A stretch of DNA of 55,117 nucleotides, counting the filler, from Jimgerdemannia flammicorona (Eukaryota): assembly GCA_003990765.1 (NCBI GenBank). It is 3 parts of 3 records of this genome, joined end to end, with 100 filler letters (N's around TTAATTAATTAA, not from the genome) between each part and the next. Parts side by side here need not be neighbours in the genome. Positions count along the whole stretch, not along the records: positions 18,409 to 36,713 come from RBNJ01002243.1; positions 36,814 to 55,117 come from RBNJ01002244.1; 1 more part is not named here. One strand, given 5' to 3'. The position numbers and the translations under genes are program-made. Below are positions 26,561 through 40,755 of this stretch, piece by piece. Position 1 is the stretch's first letter. The number at the start of each line of letters is the position of its first letter. A model generated the notes under the pieces. That model had not been told where the DNA came from. It made no database searches and saw only the letters and a list, made by a program, of their open reading frames with translations.

Positions 26561-27727
26561 GGATAGGCTGGAGAAGGTGATGGCTGAGAGGAGATTAGCG
26601 GTGAACCCTTTGGATGGGTTGACATATCTTTGGAGTCATTGTGTTTTCGGTGTGATAGCACGCCGCCGTTGCAGCGAGGGGGTTTAACGTAGATCGAACG
26701 TTGACTCTGGTTTTGCTACGCGACCCGGTCGGAGCTGCACGATGTACGTTCCGAACTCCCATTCGTTCATCCGACGTTCGCTCACTCGCGCGTCATTCCT
26801 CCGTCTGAGGCGGCACGACGAGGAGCTCGCGGAAAGGGCCGCGACCAAAAGCTGCCACGGGATAGGTCCTACCGCAAGCACCAAAGCCGTGTCACGTCCA
26901 TGTAGCAAAGGGAATGCTATAATAGAGGAGTTGATGGTAAGTCAGTACCATCTACTCGGTATGAAGAATCTGTTGCCGCATTTGTCTATCGGTAACTTCG
27001 AAGTTTTTCGCTCTGACGGTACTCTTTGGCGCTCGAATCCGTTGTCGAGGGTTAGTCGAGATTTTTGCCAAATATTCCTCATTTCTCTCCCAGTTACCCT
27101 TTGGCATTACCTCGGTACAACCAAAAAAAAAAAAAAAAAAAAAACGCTCCTATGATGCCGCTTTGCACGAAGACATTTGTAACGCCTGATGACGCGTGGG
27201 TGATTTTCGAGCGGGTAGTCATCCTTTCCATTACTAGTGAATGAGAGTCGCAATATTCTTGGACAGATTAAGTGGGGTTTTGATCAGCACATTGGGTTGC
27301 AGAAACTCCAGCGCGCTAGTGTGGCATGTAAAACATTTTGAGGTTCGGTAAATACACTTTCAGTTCCTCGGCGCTACCCAGTGCTAAGGCGAATTTCGAA
27401 GAGTGGGTGTAACTCAGCCGCTCTAGGATCCACCCTTCTCACCTTTTGGCTACTCTTGTCAGCCAGGTCGACCATCGAATAGCTGATGCTGTTGAGTATC
27501 ACAAAGATGTTTTTCTGGCAGAATTTGGTTGAAAGCCGATGATGAGCATGCAAGGGTAAGTGTCCGAGGCAATCGAAACCGCTCAGCCCTGTCGTTTGAC
27601 CAGAACTTGCTTTCCCATTACTCTAGGAACTCAACCTACTAGCAACCGTCTTTAGGCCTATGCAGCAAAGACACAGGAACGCTTCAAAAAATAAGCGTTA
27701 TAAACCTAGGCAGCAGTTCTTTCCTTA

Positions 27728-27846
27728 AGCTACGGCCATACACACGGCAATGCACCGGATCCCGTCCGATCTCCGAAGTTAAGCCCGTGATGGCCCAGTC
27801 AGTACTATGGTGGGGGACCACATGGGAATACTGGGTGCTGTAGTTT
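27728..27846 (+). rRNA. 5S ribosomal RNA gene, dispersed single copy
   Basis: AGCTACGGCCATAC…GATCCCGTCCGATCTCCGAAGTTAAGC…AGTACTATGGTGGGGGACCACATGGGAATACTGGGTGCTGTAGTT; complementary ends, T-run terminator, TATAAA ~29 nt upstream. Confidence 0.97.
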
Positions 27847-28493
27847 TGCTATTTTTTTATTATGATTATTGATTTCCCTTCCCCATCACCTTTTGCTAAT
27901 TTTCGAATGATTTTACGGCTTGATTCTTCGAAGTGTCACTTATTATATCCACTTTGTAGTAATCAGCAACAACCCTTTAACCGATCGTGAGGTGTACTTG
28001 CTGGAGTCAGATAACCACGACTCAGGCGAGTGCAGAAATCGAACATCGCAGATGTCCTGTAGTTAGGTATGTTGAACGGCGATCACCCCAAATAATGGCC
28101 ATCAGCCAAACTTAAGGCAAGGGGGTCAATGCGTGACCATGAGGAGTGAATGCATCAACCCCTTCGAAAGAATGGCCCTACCAACCCACACTAATCCGTG
28201 TCAAGATGCCGGCGATAGAAATCAAGGTACATAGAATGTCTGGACCAAATCAGAAATTCGGAAACACAAGAGGTGCATTTGAAAAGTGCGACCCTAAACG
28301 GCACAATGGCGTTTCCAAACCTCTTTAAACATACGTCTCTCGTTCCCTCCAGGGCTAATCCCCAGCACCCAACCTATTCCCGATAGCCCGCGAGAAACCA
28401 ACTTTGCTGTTTAAGTTTCTTTTTATTTCCACACAACAATCGCTTCACTCCACACTGGACATGATCCTATGCTGCCATGGCAAACGCAATAAT

Positions 28494-29857
28494 TCATGCC
28501 GATTTCAAGTCCTTCTTGAGAGTACCGAGGAAAGTCTTCTTCTCCGCGACAGTCTGGAAGCGACCGTGACCGAACTTGGACGAAGTATCCACAAACTTAA
28601 GGGTGACCTTCTCAAGGGCAGATCTCTTAGTATGCGTGATAAGGGACTTGCGGAGGGTGAGGACGCGCTTCTTTGCACCGACGCAAGCACCCTTGATCAT
28701 GACGAAGTCCTCGTTGACATAACCGTAGTGGGGGAACCCGCCCAGGGGCGTGATGGATTTCTCGGTGACATCGAACTCGGTGGAGCCGTTGAACTTGTCT
28801 GCGGCCTTGCCGATGCGGTAGATTTTCTTGTTGAGCTCCACACGGTGATGATAACCACGCTGACCGGCACGGGGGACGGAGTACATGACGCGGGACGGAT
28901 GCCAAGCGCCGATACAAGCGACCTTGCGAAGGCCCTTGTGGGTTTTGCGGGGAAGCTTCTTGGTACCGTAACGGTGGGTGACACCCTCGAAACCGTGACC
29001 CTTGGTGACGCCGATGACGTCGATCATCTCGTCCTGCTCGAGGACGGAGTGGATGTCGACCGGCTTCTCGAAGTGCTCACGGGCCCAGTCAACCTTCTGG
29101 GGAATGGAACCACCATTCAGCTGGATCTCCATGATGTGGGCTTTTTTCTGGCCGATCTTGAGCTTGCGAATCTGGGTGTGGGCCAGGACGCGTACAACGG
29201 TGCAGTACTTCTTGATGCGCTCGAGCTCGCGGTTGATCTCCTTGGCGCCCTCGGCGTACTTCTTGGCGTATTTGGTGAAGGCCTTCTTTTTGGAGCGGTA
29301 CCAGTTCTTGTAGAAGCGACGCTTAAGCTCCTCAGACAGGTGCTCGGCCCAGATAGTGGTGAGGGAGCGGAGGCCGCGGGGAGTCTCGACGTAGCCGACG
29401 ACACCGACGATGACAAGCGGGGGGGTCTCGATGATGGTAACGGCCTCGACGATCTCCTTCTTGTGCATCTCTATTCACTCCGCAATAATTTAAATTTCAT
29501 GAGCAATCGCTTTTTACAATTGACACCCACGTGTAATTCATTCCCCCACTCGTTATAGGAATCTCGACTTACTGGATCCAGGACGTTCCAATTCGCGGAC
29601 AACGTGAGTCATACCGGCCTTGTAGCCCAAGAAGGCAGTCAGGTGGACGGGCCTGGTCTTGTCGTCCTTAGGGAAGGACTTGACCTTTCCGCGGTGGCGG
29701 GCAGCGCGCTTCCGAGGCAAGAAACCCAGCGAACCGTGGCGGGGCGCCTCGAACTTACGATGAGACTGTATGAGAGCAAGGATAAGGCATCAGTTTGGGG
29801 GGGTTTTCGAATGGATGATGAATGGACGGATGGATGGATGGATGGGCAACACACCAT
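28494..29857 (-). CDS. RPL3: 60S ribosomal protein uL3, 3 exons (first exon is the ATG only)
   Basis: [22 protein letters not shown]…GYKAGMTH…[21 protein letters not shown]…[12 protein letters not shown]. Confidence 0.99.
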
Positions 29858-29956
29858 TGTGAATCGAGGATGGGGAAAGAGGGAGAGCTCATCCGCGGGT
29901 TCACCACACATACCAAAAAACTTTGGACTTTGCTGACATCACCACATGTGGCGTGG

Positions 29957-29964
29957 TGTGACTG
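29957..29964. promoter_or_regulatory. Homol D-like box (CAGTCACA/TGTGACTG) in the RPL3-PUS7 divergent promoter
   Basis: Exact match to the fission-yeast ribosomal-protein promoter element, ~100 bp upstream of the RPL3 ATG. Confidence 0.55.
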
Positions 29965-29998
29965 TCCATTTTTCTCCGTTTCTCTTTTGGTTTCAACC

Positions 29999-30986
29999 AT
30001 GGAAGATACACCTACAGAACCACCCGCTAAGAAGCAGCGCATCAATGTCCCAGACCCGGAATCTGCTACCATTGCCCCATCTACCTCGGAGACACCGGTA
30101 CCATTTGCACCGCAACCAGCGGGTGAGACACAGCTCCGCGAAGCCGATGTTGGCATCACAGAGTTCGTGGACACGTCATTACCAGGGTGGTCAGGCGTTA
30201 TCAAGCAACGGTGCGCAGAAAACCGTCATCAAAGCTGCTCCCATTTAGCCTAAATACTCAAGGCCACCTTGGTGCTCATATTGACGCCCCTGCATCGCTT
30301 CTCGATATGTAACGATAGCTTTACCGACTTCATGGTCAGCGAGGTCGACATGGACGGCAACATCATTCACCTCCGAGACACGAACCCACCAAAGGCACCT
30401 GCCACTGAAGCGCTCGAAGAGGAGGTGAAGCAGGTATGTCTATGTTCAATGCGGCACGAACCAGGTAATCGAAACGCTAACAAGGGTCGTAACGATTAAT
30501 TTCGGTTATTCACCCACACTTATATACAATACTGTTCTTTATTTTTACCATAGCCTGTCTCCGAGGATGTCATCTACACAGAGATGACCGAACTCCTCGG
30601 CTCCGAATGCGTTGAGCTGGTGAAGAAAATGGCCAACAGCGGCGGCGCGGACGTCTCTTCTGTCACGGCTCCGGTATGAGTTCGCATGTTGGTCATTCCT
30701 AAACCCATGTCTTTCTCATTATCTCGGAGGATGATAATCGACGCATACCAAATTATCGCTCCATCAGGTCGAGTCCGACAAGCAGAAGCGCACAGCTATA
30801 CACCAGTTCTTCAAGAAGTATTTCCCTGGCCGCGTCACGACCGAGACGCACGAAGGCGCCATACGTATCCGCATGTTCATGATGAAGGACGCACGGGGTA
30901 TATTATCGTGTCTTTTTCCCACAAATTTACGCCAAGCGAAGGTGGTATTTAAATCACAATCGCAATCCGTCACGAATTGACGCCCC

Positions 30987-31026
<40 letters not shown>

Positions 31027-33478
31027 CTTCTTCTACAACCCCACAAACACCAGACAAGCGCAACCGCCGCCCTGACGCCTTCGAGGCCCTGGGGGGGCTT
31101 TACTGCGAGTTCTGCCTGTTCAAGGAGAACCGCGACACAATGGAGGTGATCAACCTGATCTCCAACTGCATTAAGTGGGGGTCCCCCTTTTTTTCTCGTC
31201 CCTCTGGCTTTAGCTTCGATCACGCCTTTTCTGATTCCCTCTACGCGGAAACAGAGTCAAACCCTACGCGTTCGGTTATGCGGGTACTAAGGACCGTCGC
31301 GCCATCACGACACAGCGCGTCACCGTGTTCAAGGTCAAGGCGGAACGGTTAGCGGGGCTGAATAAAGTCGCGGCGTTCAGGGGGGTCACTTTGGGAAATT
31401 TCAGGTGGGACAGGAGGTTGAGGAGGGAAGGGGCGTGTGTAGGTTGTGCCAAGGCACGCGTCCTTATACGTTGTTTTCTCATCTCACCCGTACATCATTC
31501 GGCCCGGGTGCCAGATACGTCCAGAAACCCCTCAAGCTTGGTGAGCTCAAGGGCAATCATTTTGTCATAACCCTCCGGTAATGTTTCCCTCCAAAAGAAT
31601 CATTTCTCCAGCGTATACGTCGTCCTCGCTAACCACCCGCCCATCTCGCCCATCCAGCAACGTAACGGCCCCCTCGAATGCCGTCATCGACGCCTCGCTG
31701 ACTTCGCTCCGTGAGCGCGGCTTCATCAACTACTTTGGCATGCAGCGCTTCGGTACCAGCACCGTGTCCACCCACGCCGTCGGCCGCGCTCTGCTGAAGG
31801 GGGAATGGGAGGAAGCTGTAGAGTTGATTCTGATGCCGAGAGAGGGTGGTGAGTTCTTTTCTCTGTCGGTCGTTCGGCTGTTTTGGTTTTGATCAGCGCG
31901 TAGGTCGAGTCGTCTTGCTGTGCGAAAATCTTACCTTAACCCACGTTCATTAGAGCGCGAAGAGTTCCAGACGGCCCGCTTGCATTGGCAACAGCATCGC
32001 GACCCCGCCGCGGCTCTAAAGCTGTTCCCTCGGCGTTGTGTCGCCGAGTCGCAGATCCTGAGGCATTTTGTCAAGGCCGGTGGGACGCGCGACTTTGCGG
32101 GGGCATTAGCGGGGGTAGGCTAGTTTTTGTGTGGTGTTAGCCATCATTTTGTGTTCCCGCACTTGGGGGTTGTGGTGTATCGTCTTTCTAACGCACCACG
32201 GTTTTTTTTTGTTCCCAGATCCCGCGCAATCTCCGACTGATGTACGTGCACGCCTACCAGTCGTACGTGTGGAACCACGTGGCGTCGGAGCGGATACGGT
32301 TGTATGGGTGCGAGACACCCGTCGTCGGGGACATTGTGATGCTCGGCGGCGAGGCTGACGAGGGGGTGGAGGGGGAGGAAGAGGTGACGGAGGTGGATGC
32401 GGAAGATGACGCAAGAACGAAGGGAAAGGGCAAGGGGAAGGAGAGCGAGGATACGAGGAAGGTGGGCTTGAGAGTCGGGATGGGTTCCTTGAGCTTGGAT
32501 GCCATGTTTGATTTCAGCCACTGACATTCGAAATCATCGCCGTCCAGAAACCCACCCAAATTCCGGCGACCGTCAAGGTCCTCGCGTCCGTCGAAGACCT
32601 CGTGACCTATACGATTCACGACGTCATCCTGCCGCAGCCGGGGTTTGACGTCGTGTACCCGACCAACGCCATCGGCGAGAAGTACAAAGAAATTATGGGG
32701 CGGGACGGGCTGGATCCGGGGAAGATGCGGGGTAACGTCAAGTGAGCATGGTTCGAAAGGGAGGAGTTGGAGAATGGTGTTGTGGTGCTGGAGATTGTGT
32801 CTTGTTCCGCAATGGTTCTAGGTGATCAATTTTTCTCACATGATTCTCGTCGCCCTCAGGGACTACTCGCTCCCGGGCGCGTATCGCAAGGTCATAGCTA
32901 AGCCACGTGATGTGTCATGGTGCGTAAACGATAATACCATCTCGTGTTGACGTCGACGTCTTTCCAATCAATGTTGAATATGAAAAAGATTTCCGGCCCT
33001 CATGTCTGGATTCTCGTTTGTCTCTCCTCCTCCCTCTGGGCTTACTACGCAGGACCCTGCTCCGCTACAACGACCCGCGCGTTGCCCTCGCGCTGACGGA
33101 TTTGGAAGTGATAGAGGGGAAGCCCGAACCTCAGAGCGAGCCTGGTATACCCGTTTCCCTTTAACGCCACCGTGAAGCGTTTTCTCATGGTGCCCATGGA
33201 CGATTACGTTTTGCCAAAACTCACCCCAGTCCTCTTTCTATTCAGACGGCGCCCACCTCGCCGTCCGCCTGCACCTCACGCTGCAGTCGAGCCAGTATGC
33301 GACCATGGCCCTGCGCGAGGTCTGCAAGCAGGATACGTCTGCCGCATTCCAGGCCACGCTCAACCAGCCGGCTAGCGGAGGGGAGGGGGGAGGGGAGGCG
33401 AAGGCCGAGGGAGAGATGGAGGTGGAGGGAGAGGTTGCGGCGATGGAGGATGCTGGTGTGGTAGAGGAGGGGGCGTGA
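29999..33478 (+). CDS. PUS7: TruD-family pseudouridine synthase Pus7, many exons
   Basis: [44 protein letters not shown] (catalytic Asp), [46 protein letters not shown]. Confidence 0.95.
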
Positions 33479-34453
33479 GGTGGATGAGGAGGGATCTGTG
33501 TAGATTGTGGCAGGGAATATGCTAAGCGGATTTTCCGTGATGCGCTTGGGTTGATTGCGTTGCTCGCTATGCTTTTCCGTAAAGGCCGATGCATGTGGTG
33601 AGGAGCCATGTGTATTATGTTGACCTGTCGACGAACACTTCCTGAATGCTGACCGAAACAAATGCTGGCGGATTTGGTATGCGAGGAAATTAAATGGGCG
33701 AGCGTGCGCGGTTCGGTTGATGTCTGAGTGGTTGTCTAGGTTTCGTCCTTGCCTAAGGGACTTGTCAGTTGACTTTCTCAAGAGAGGGGACTACCAATAC
33801 CTATTGGGGCTAATCCTCTCGACAATTAAACCACGATGAATTTTGGTTATCGGATCCAGCGCAACCCCATTTGTGGCATATAAGTAAGTAGTAGATGGCG
33901 GGGGCTCTGTGCTTCATGAGTAGCTATGCTTGCTCGGAACTCCACGAAAACGGTGTTGTGCAAGCAATGTGGCGTAGCGAAGTTATCACTACAGGCGAAG
34001 CACTCTGGCGGTCTGTTCTTGGCATCCGCAGCAACGCTGTGGCATGCGCAGTGGGAGCCAGACTTGCTTGGAATTCCACCCAAGAGGAGGGTAATATGTA
34101 GGGCGAGGCGCTGACCAAAGCCCATATAAAGTTATCACCCAAAGGCGCTGTTATCCCGTGGACTCGTTGGCAGTCTGTTCTTGGCAGTCTGTTCTTGGCA
34201 ACTGTTACGCCCCGCGCTTCAGAATACCAATACATGTAACACCGATGACGTCACACTTGTACTCTCTACCAGACGCACCTGTATATTTAGTTTAGCAAAA
34301 TATATTAAACTGGTCAGAAAAACTGACCTGCAGACAATAATAAATCATCAAGAGTTAAGCGTGATTAATCTATGATGAATGTCTCCGTCCTACAAATGAT
34401 AGCGACAATTTCCATCCAACCCTCCGAGTCCGCCACCACCAACCATCCACCCC

Positions 34454-35531
34454 CTACCTCGGCGGCATAGCCGTAGGCGTAGGAGTGGGTGGCCTAGCTC
34501 CCAAGCCGACAGGGAACGGCGTATTGACGATGGGTATTCTCCTTGTCTGCATGCCTTGGGGGTGATGCTTTTGTCTCGACCAAGCCCTGGCGAGGCTCCC
34601 ATCACCGGCGACAGGCGCTGCGTCGTGCGCGGCGTTTCCGTCCCAGTCGTGAACCATGATGGTCGGAAGATCGTCTGCGGTGGAAAAGGGGTCATCCGGG
34701 TCGGAGACGTGCGGGATGATCATGACCGGCGGTGCCGGGGGGGTTTCTGGGATTGCGGACTCACCGAGGGCAAAGTCCTCGCTGTCGAGCTCAAAGTCAA
34801 GGTCGAGGTCAGTGCCATCGAGGTCAGAGCCGTTTGGATGGAAAGGGGAAGAGGAAGCGGAAGCATCGAGGCGGGCGAGCGCGTGCATGAGGTCCAAGGG
34901 AAGGACGGTCGAGTTTGGGGGATGTTCGCGGACCTGCGACCAGCCGATCGGAGGAGAGCCTGGTGGGGAGATGAGCCAATTCTTTTCGAGATCAGGGACC
35001 GCGAGTTGGAGGGTTGCGGGGTCAGGGTTGATGGGGGTATGCTGCGGGTTGAAAATAAAAATGAAAGATATCGGTGGTGAACGTTGCGGCGAGGAGTGAC
35101 CATACGGGGACATAAATTTGTATCCAACGTTTTAAACGATAGGTCCAACTTTTCCCTTGCAAGCTGTATAAGTTTTATCGGCTCCACGTAACACCTACCT
35201 GACCAAAGTACACCCTTATCACGACCTCAATCTCCTCCGAATGGCCGTCATGCCACCGCATAACCGTCCTGTCCATCAGGCTCTTTGCGGTCATGGCGTG
35301 CAGGGTCTCTTCGAAAACGACGAGTACGCGGGTGAAGGTCTTGAGGGGGATCCAGCGGTAGATAGGGCCGAACGTTTCGAACTGGTCGCGCAGCTGTAGT
35401 AGGGTGTCGGGAAGGTCGAAGAGCGAGCGCGGGATGTTTGTGAGGGCGAGGGTGTTTGTGGCCCGCAGGTCAGGGGGCGGGAGCATGGGGGGGGGGCCAG
35501 GATGGATAAAGGTATCGAAGTCGGGGGTCAT
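34454..35531 (-). CDS. RCN1: Calcipressin / RCAN calcineurin regulator, 2 exons
   Basis: N-terminal RRM-like TNTLALTN…LKTFTRVLVVF; signature WLISPPGSPP; PxIxIT-like PTIMVH; terminal TAMPP. Intron 35198-35042. Confidence 0.92.
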
Positions 35532-35876
35532 TTTGAGTAGAGTTGCAAAGGAAGCAGGTCAAAGGGTTTGGGGCTGGGGTGGGGGTAGAATAATTTGGTT
35601 ATAAAGGGGAGTCACGTGAGAACGTTTAGGCGATAAGAAGTTAATAGGCGTGTGAAGATGGAAAAGCACTGGTCGGAGGCGATGGCATTGTCCAGAAACT
35701 GGACAAAAGGAACAAAAGGAACCAAGGAAGACCCAAGAAAAGAGTAAAAAAGAAACTCATCATTTTCTGTATCGCCACGTGACCTTGCTGTTTACGTTTG
35801 TTATTTTTTGTGGCAACTCTTAAAACCCACATCCATTCCACCCGCACCCCACTTTACCCTCCCACACCTCTCCTTC

Positions 35877-36684
<808 letters not shown>

Positions 36685-36713
36685 TAATTTATTATTATTA
36701 TTATTTGGGAGGG

Positions 36714-36813
36714 NNNNNNNNNNNNNNNNNNNNNNNNNNNNNNNNNNNNNNNNNNNNTTAATTAATTAANNNNNNNNNNNNNNNNNNNNNNNNNNNNNNN
36801 NNNNNNNNNNNNN
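36714..36813. other. Assembly gap with artificial TTAATTAATTAA linker
   Basis: 44 N + TTAATTAATTAA + 44 N. Confidence 0.95.
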
Positions 36814-37115
36814 GCCATCCACTCCCCTTCACCTTGTCAGCAAAGCTGGAGGGGCCAGCCCTTCCCCTGTTACCACCTGACACCGGTCCTCCTCCAGAGC
36901 CCTCCCCGCCCTTCGATCCTCCAAAGGCCCCCATCCCCAGGCCAAAACCCCTCCCCACCTCCTGCCAGCCGAAAGCCCCAGCTCCCCCCGACCCAGTACG
37001 CCCGTCGGAACTCTTGTTCGAAGACATGTTGATAGTACCTTTTCTCCTAGTAGTGTCGAAAACTGTTGCTTGAGTCTTGTGTAACGTGAATTGTACCGGA
37101 GAAAGGTGTTTTGCT
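36814..37115 (-). mobile_element. 5' end of a young, CpG-intact LINE related to the element at 1-5446
   Basis: ORF1 start MSSNKSSDGRTGSGGAGAFGWQEVGRGFGLGMGAFG resembles GSDRPGAFNWQYVGQEYGLGIGSFG of the first copy; shared 5' motif at 37079-37108 vs 5417-5446. Confidence 0.8.
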
Positions 37116-37529
37116 CATATTGCAATAGATATAATTAACCTTTTAATAATGATATTATTGTAACTTAGTTGGAAAATGGAGTGGAGAGAAGAGCAGTATT
37201 GTTTTTATTAATTCTTATATATTTATATATCAAGTAATATAACTTAAAAGATGATGTAGTTATATATAAGCTATATTATCAAGATATATAATAATGAAAA
37301 TTTTAATATTTTTATTCAATGAGATAATGAATATAATATAAGTGAGAATATAATATAACAAAGCAATAACTGCAAATTGACTACAAATATACTCAAAGAA
37401 TACTATAGTGAAAATAAAGAATATAGATATATCTTTATAGTAGAAAAACTCAAATATAGAAGAAGAAGAAGAAGAAGAACTATTAAATAACTATAATATA
37501 ATATAATACTAGAAGAGAGAGATATATAG

Positions 37530-40500
37530 ATATGGTCTTTTTCTCTAGTACTAATTATATTATATAAACTTCTAACAATATTTTCAATATAGCTTTTGGA
37601 GAAATATTAATAGCAAAATATTAACTAGCAACAGTTCTGATGGACATGCTGGGTCAGATGGATCTGAGGCCTTTGGGTAATATTATATTAGGAGAGAACA
37701 TAGCCTGGGAATGAATTTCTTTGGTAGAATGAATGGTCAGGAGAGGGCTGGAGAATGGCTGATATCTGGAGAGAGTAGAGGCAAGCTGGAGTCTATGAGC
37801 TTCACTGATAAGATAAAGGAGAGAGAATGGCCAGTAGACTCTAGGGCTAGTAGAGCTGATAGTAGGGGTAGACCAAGTTAGGGGAGGGCTAGAGGTCCTC
37901 TGCCTGGAAGAGTGAGTGTAGGGAGGCTAGAGGGCTGTGGCTGAGAGAGAGAGAATAACTGCTGATAGTGGTATAACTGGAGATCTGGAAAAAAATCCAG
38001 ATATGCAGCTAATAGCAAAGCTGGGCAGATAGGCTGGAAAAGATAAGAGAACTTAGTGGACAGTGTGATGGACCAGACAGTAATACTATTACTCAAGAAG
38101 TTGATCTTAGAATTTACTATTATATTGTACTTCTGGGAACTAATAATAACTGCAAAGATAGTTCTGGAACTGATCTTGAAGCAAATGGCTGAGGTGGCTT
38201 TAGTGAAGTTTCTGTTTGGGCTAGAGGAGATTGAGGTGAGCTTTGAGGAGATAGGGCCACTGGAGGAGATATTGAAGACTTAGTTAGTACAAAGAGAGGT
38301 AGTGGTACTAATAGTATACTATTTAAGATAGGACCCCAAAGTGGTTCAGCTCCTGATAAAAAGAGTGCCTATAGTGATAGCTGCAGGATGAGGCAGAGAG
38401 TAGAGGAGATAATGACAGAGTATAGTGATGTGGTAGATATTGAATTCTGGGTCTGGGAGGGGACCTCTTTCTGAACTAGAGATATCAATATCAGCTGGAA
38501 GAGAGGCTACTGAAAAGGCCCAGGACTGGCCATCAGTAATAATGTAGAGTGCTTTTATTTGTAAGGTAACAAGAGTAAAGTGGAGTGAGGAGAAGGAGGA
38601 GAATCTGCTGGAGATACTGGAGAACTTGAGTGAGACAGTAGAGTATTGAGCAGAGATATAGAGAAAGTGTGTGGCTTTGATCCACTTGGAGGTGGTAGAT
38701 GGGAAGTGTATTTAGATAGATAAGATACTGTGAGAGAAGGTATTGGAATTATAAGTCAATATGTATCTATATGACTTTATGCTAATTTATTTTACATTAT
38801 TTGTATATCATTATTTATAGCACCTAAAAGTGTACAATTTGTATAATGAATAAATTGCTTCTTCTGTTTATCACAACAGGTTATTAGCCCCAGTTAGCAG
38901 CTAGAATACCTCTAGTTTATATACTATATTAATGAATATAGGTATGAGCCAGAGTACTAAGATGGACATCTTTACAATGGCCCCATGGTAATGAAAAATG
39001 CAGTCCTGTTGTAAAAGAAGCCTGCTAATAGTGATAATGAAGTCCTCCCTGATAGCAGAAGGCAATTATAACAAAGACACTTGCCTAGGTATTAGAGGCA
39101 TAAAGTCCTCTCAGGTTGCAGAGGTAAATGCAGCTGAAAAGGCCAAGTGACTGAGATAATTACAAAGTCCTCCCAAGTGGTTTAGGCAATTGTGACAACA
39201 AGGACACCAGCTGATGAGGCATACAAAACTAGTATATATGAAACTAGCAATAATATCAATGGAGACAAACCCAAACCAAAAGATCCAAAGTACAAATAAG
39301 GCAAGAAATACTGCCAAAAGGTCCAAAGTATGGATGAGGCTACAGAAAAGATCAATAAGACTAATGAGGTCAGGAAGAGACCAATAAGCCAAAATGAGGC
39401 AAATAGTAAATAAGGCTAATACAGACAAATCTAAGCCCAGTACAGAATATACAACCAACCATTTGAAGGTAACTATAATTATTGTAGAATACATGGACAT
39501 TATGAGTGAGAATACTGCAAAAAGAATAACAATGATGTGGAAAGGAAACTACAGTGGCAGCCATATAAATCATGTTAATAATGGTCAATTTATATATAAG
39601 CAATATTTGTACAAACAACTAGCACCTGTTCTACTATCAGTTCTATGAGCAGTTCTATTACTAATTTAGCTAACTTGACAACTATGCTAAGTAACATCTA
39701 TATCTGATATCAATGACTTAGATGTATCTAGCAACAACTAGCAATTATGTAAACAATACAGCCAATACTGATTAAATAGAGCAATAATCAGAGTAATATC
39801 TAGTATAAACAGCAATAATAACTATCAATGTCTCTAATGGTAATATCTTTAGAATAACAACATCCAGTATAACTTGAAAAAATGGACAAATGCAATAGTC
39901 AACAGAAATATATTAGCAATCACTAGCATATTCTGAGTCTGGAATAATTGAAATTCAGGATGACAAAACTTCTGATGATGAGGAATCCTCTACAAAAGAG
40001 CAATTGTAAAAAGAGTAACAACATCTAGTATAAGTAGTACAAGCAGTACAATAACCACTTTTAATATCAGTTAAACAACCTGCAATAAATCTAAATAATA
40101 GTAATATTCAATCACTGAAAAGGCAACTGTCAAAAGAGCTGAAAAAGCAATTATCAAAACAACAATCATCAACCACAGCACTGCATACAGTACTGTACAA
40201 AGCCATGAATTCCTACAATAGCAAAGAGTGGAAAAGACTATGGATGAATATGGCTCTCTCATTGAGAATGACACTTCTTGAGAATGAGAATAGATATATT
40301 AAGGAAATGGTGAACTATACAGTTACTCTGTATGGAAATAGAAATGATAACACATTAAGTGAGAGCATATAATTATCTAATTCCTATGATGCTGACTGGC
40401 AACCTCAATGAATGACTGCCTGAAATATATCTCTTATAAGTAGGTAATCATAAGACATTTTAGGCTCTTAAATGCCTTTCATACTATATATATATTTTAT

Positions 40501-40664
40501 ATATAATTATATGTATATATTATATTTCTATAGGTATTATAGTATATATCATATAGGCATTATAGAACACTTTTCAATCTGTGAAAATTCCTAGATAGTT
40601 GTAATTCTGGATTATATGTAGTTCTAGTTTTTTATATGTATTGTATAACTTTTTATTCTAATTT

Positions 40665-40755
<91 letters not shown>

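Noticed and set aside
26600..27700. Possible gene or ncRNA upstream of the 5S gene
   Set aside because: Has GTAAGT donor-like sites and short ORFs, but I could not build a coherent spliced product or recognise an RNA family.
28404..29558. 384-aa plus-strand ORF
   Set aside because: Antisense shadow of the highly codon-biased RPL3 exon.
33840..34240. Overlapping short ORFs and GTCTGTTCTTGGCA repeats between PUS7 and calcipressin
   Set aside because: No recognisable domain or RNA motif; only a short local duplication.
40668..40754. Poly(T) tract as a retroposed tail or poly-Phe ORF
   Set aside because: No flanking TSD found; a homopolymer of unreliable length inside the Copia element.
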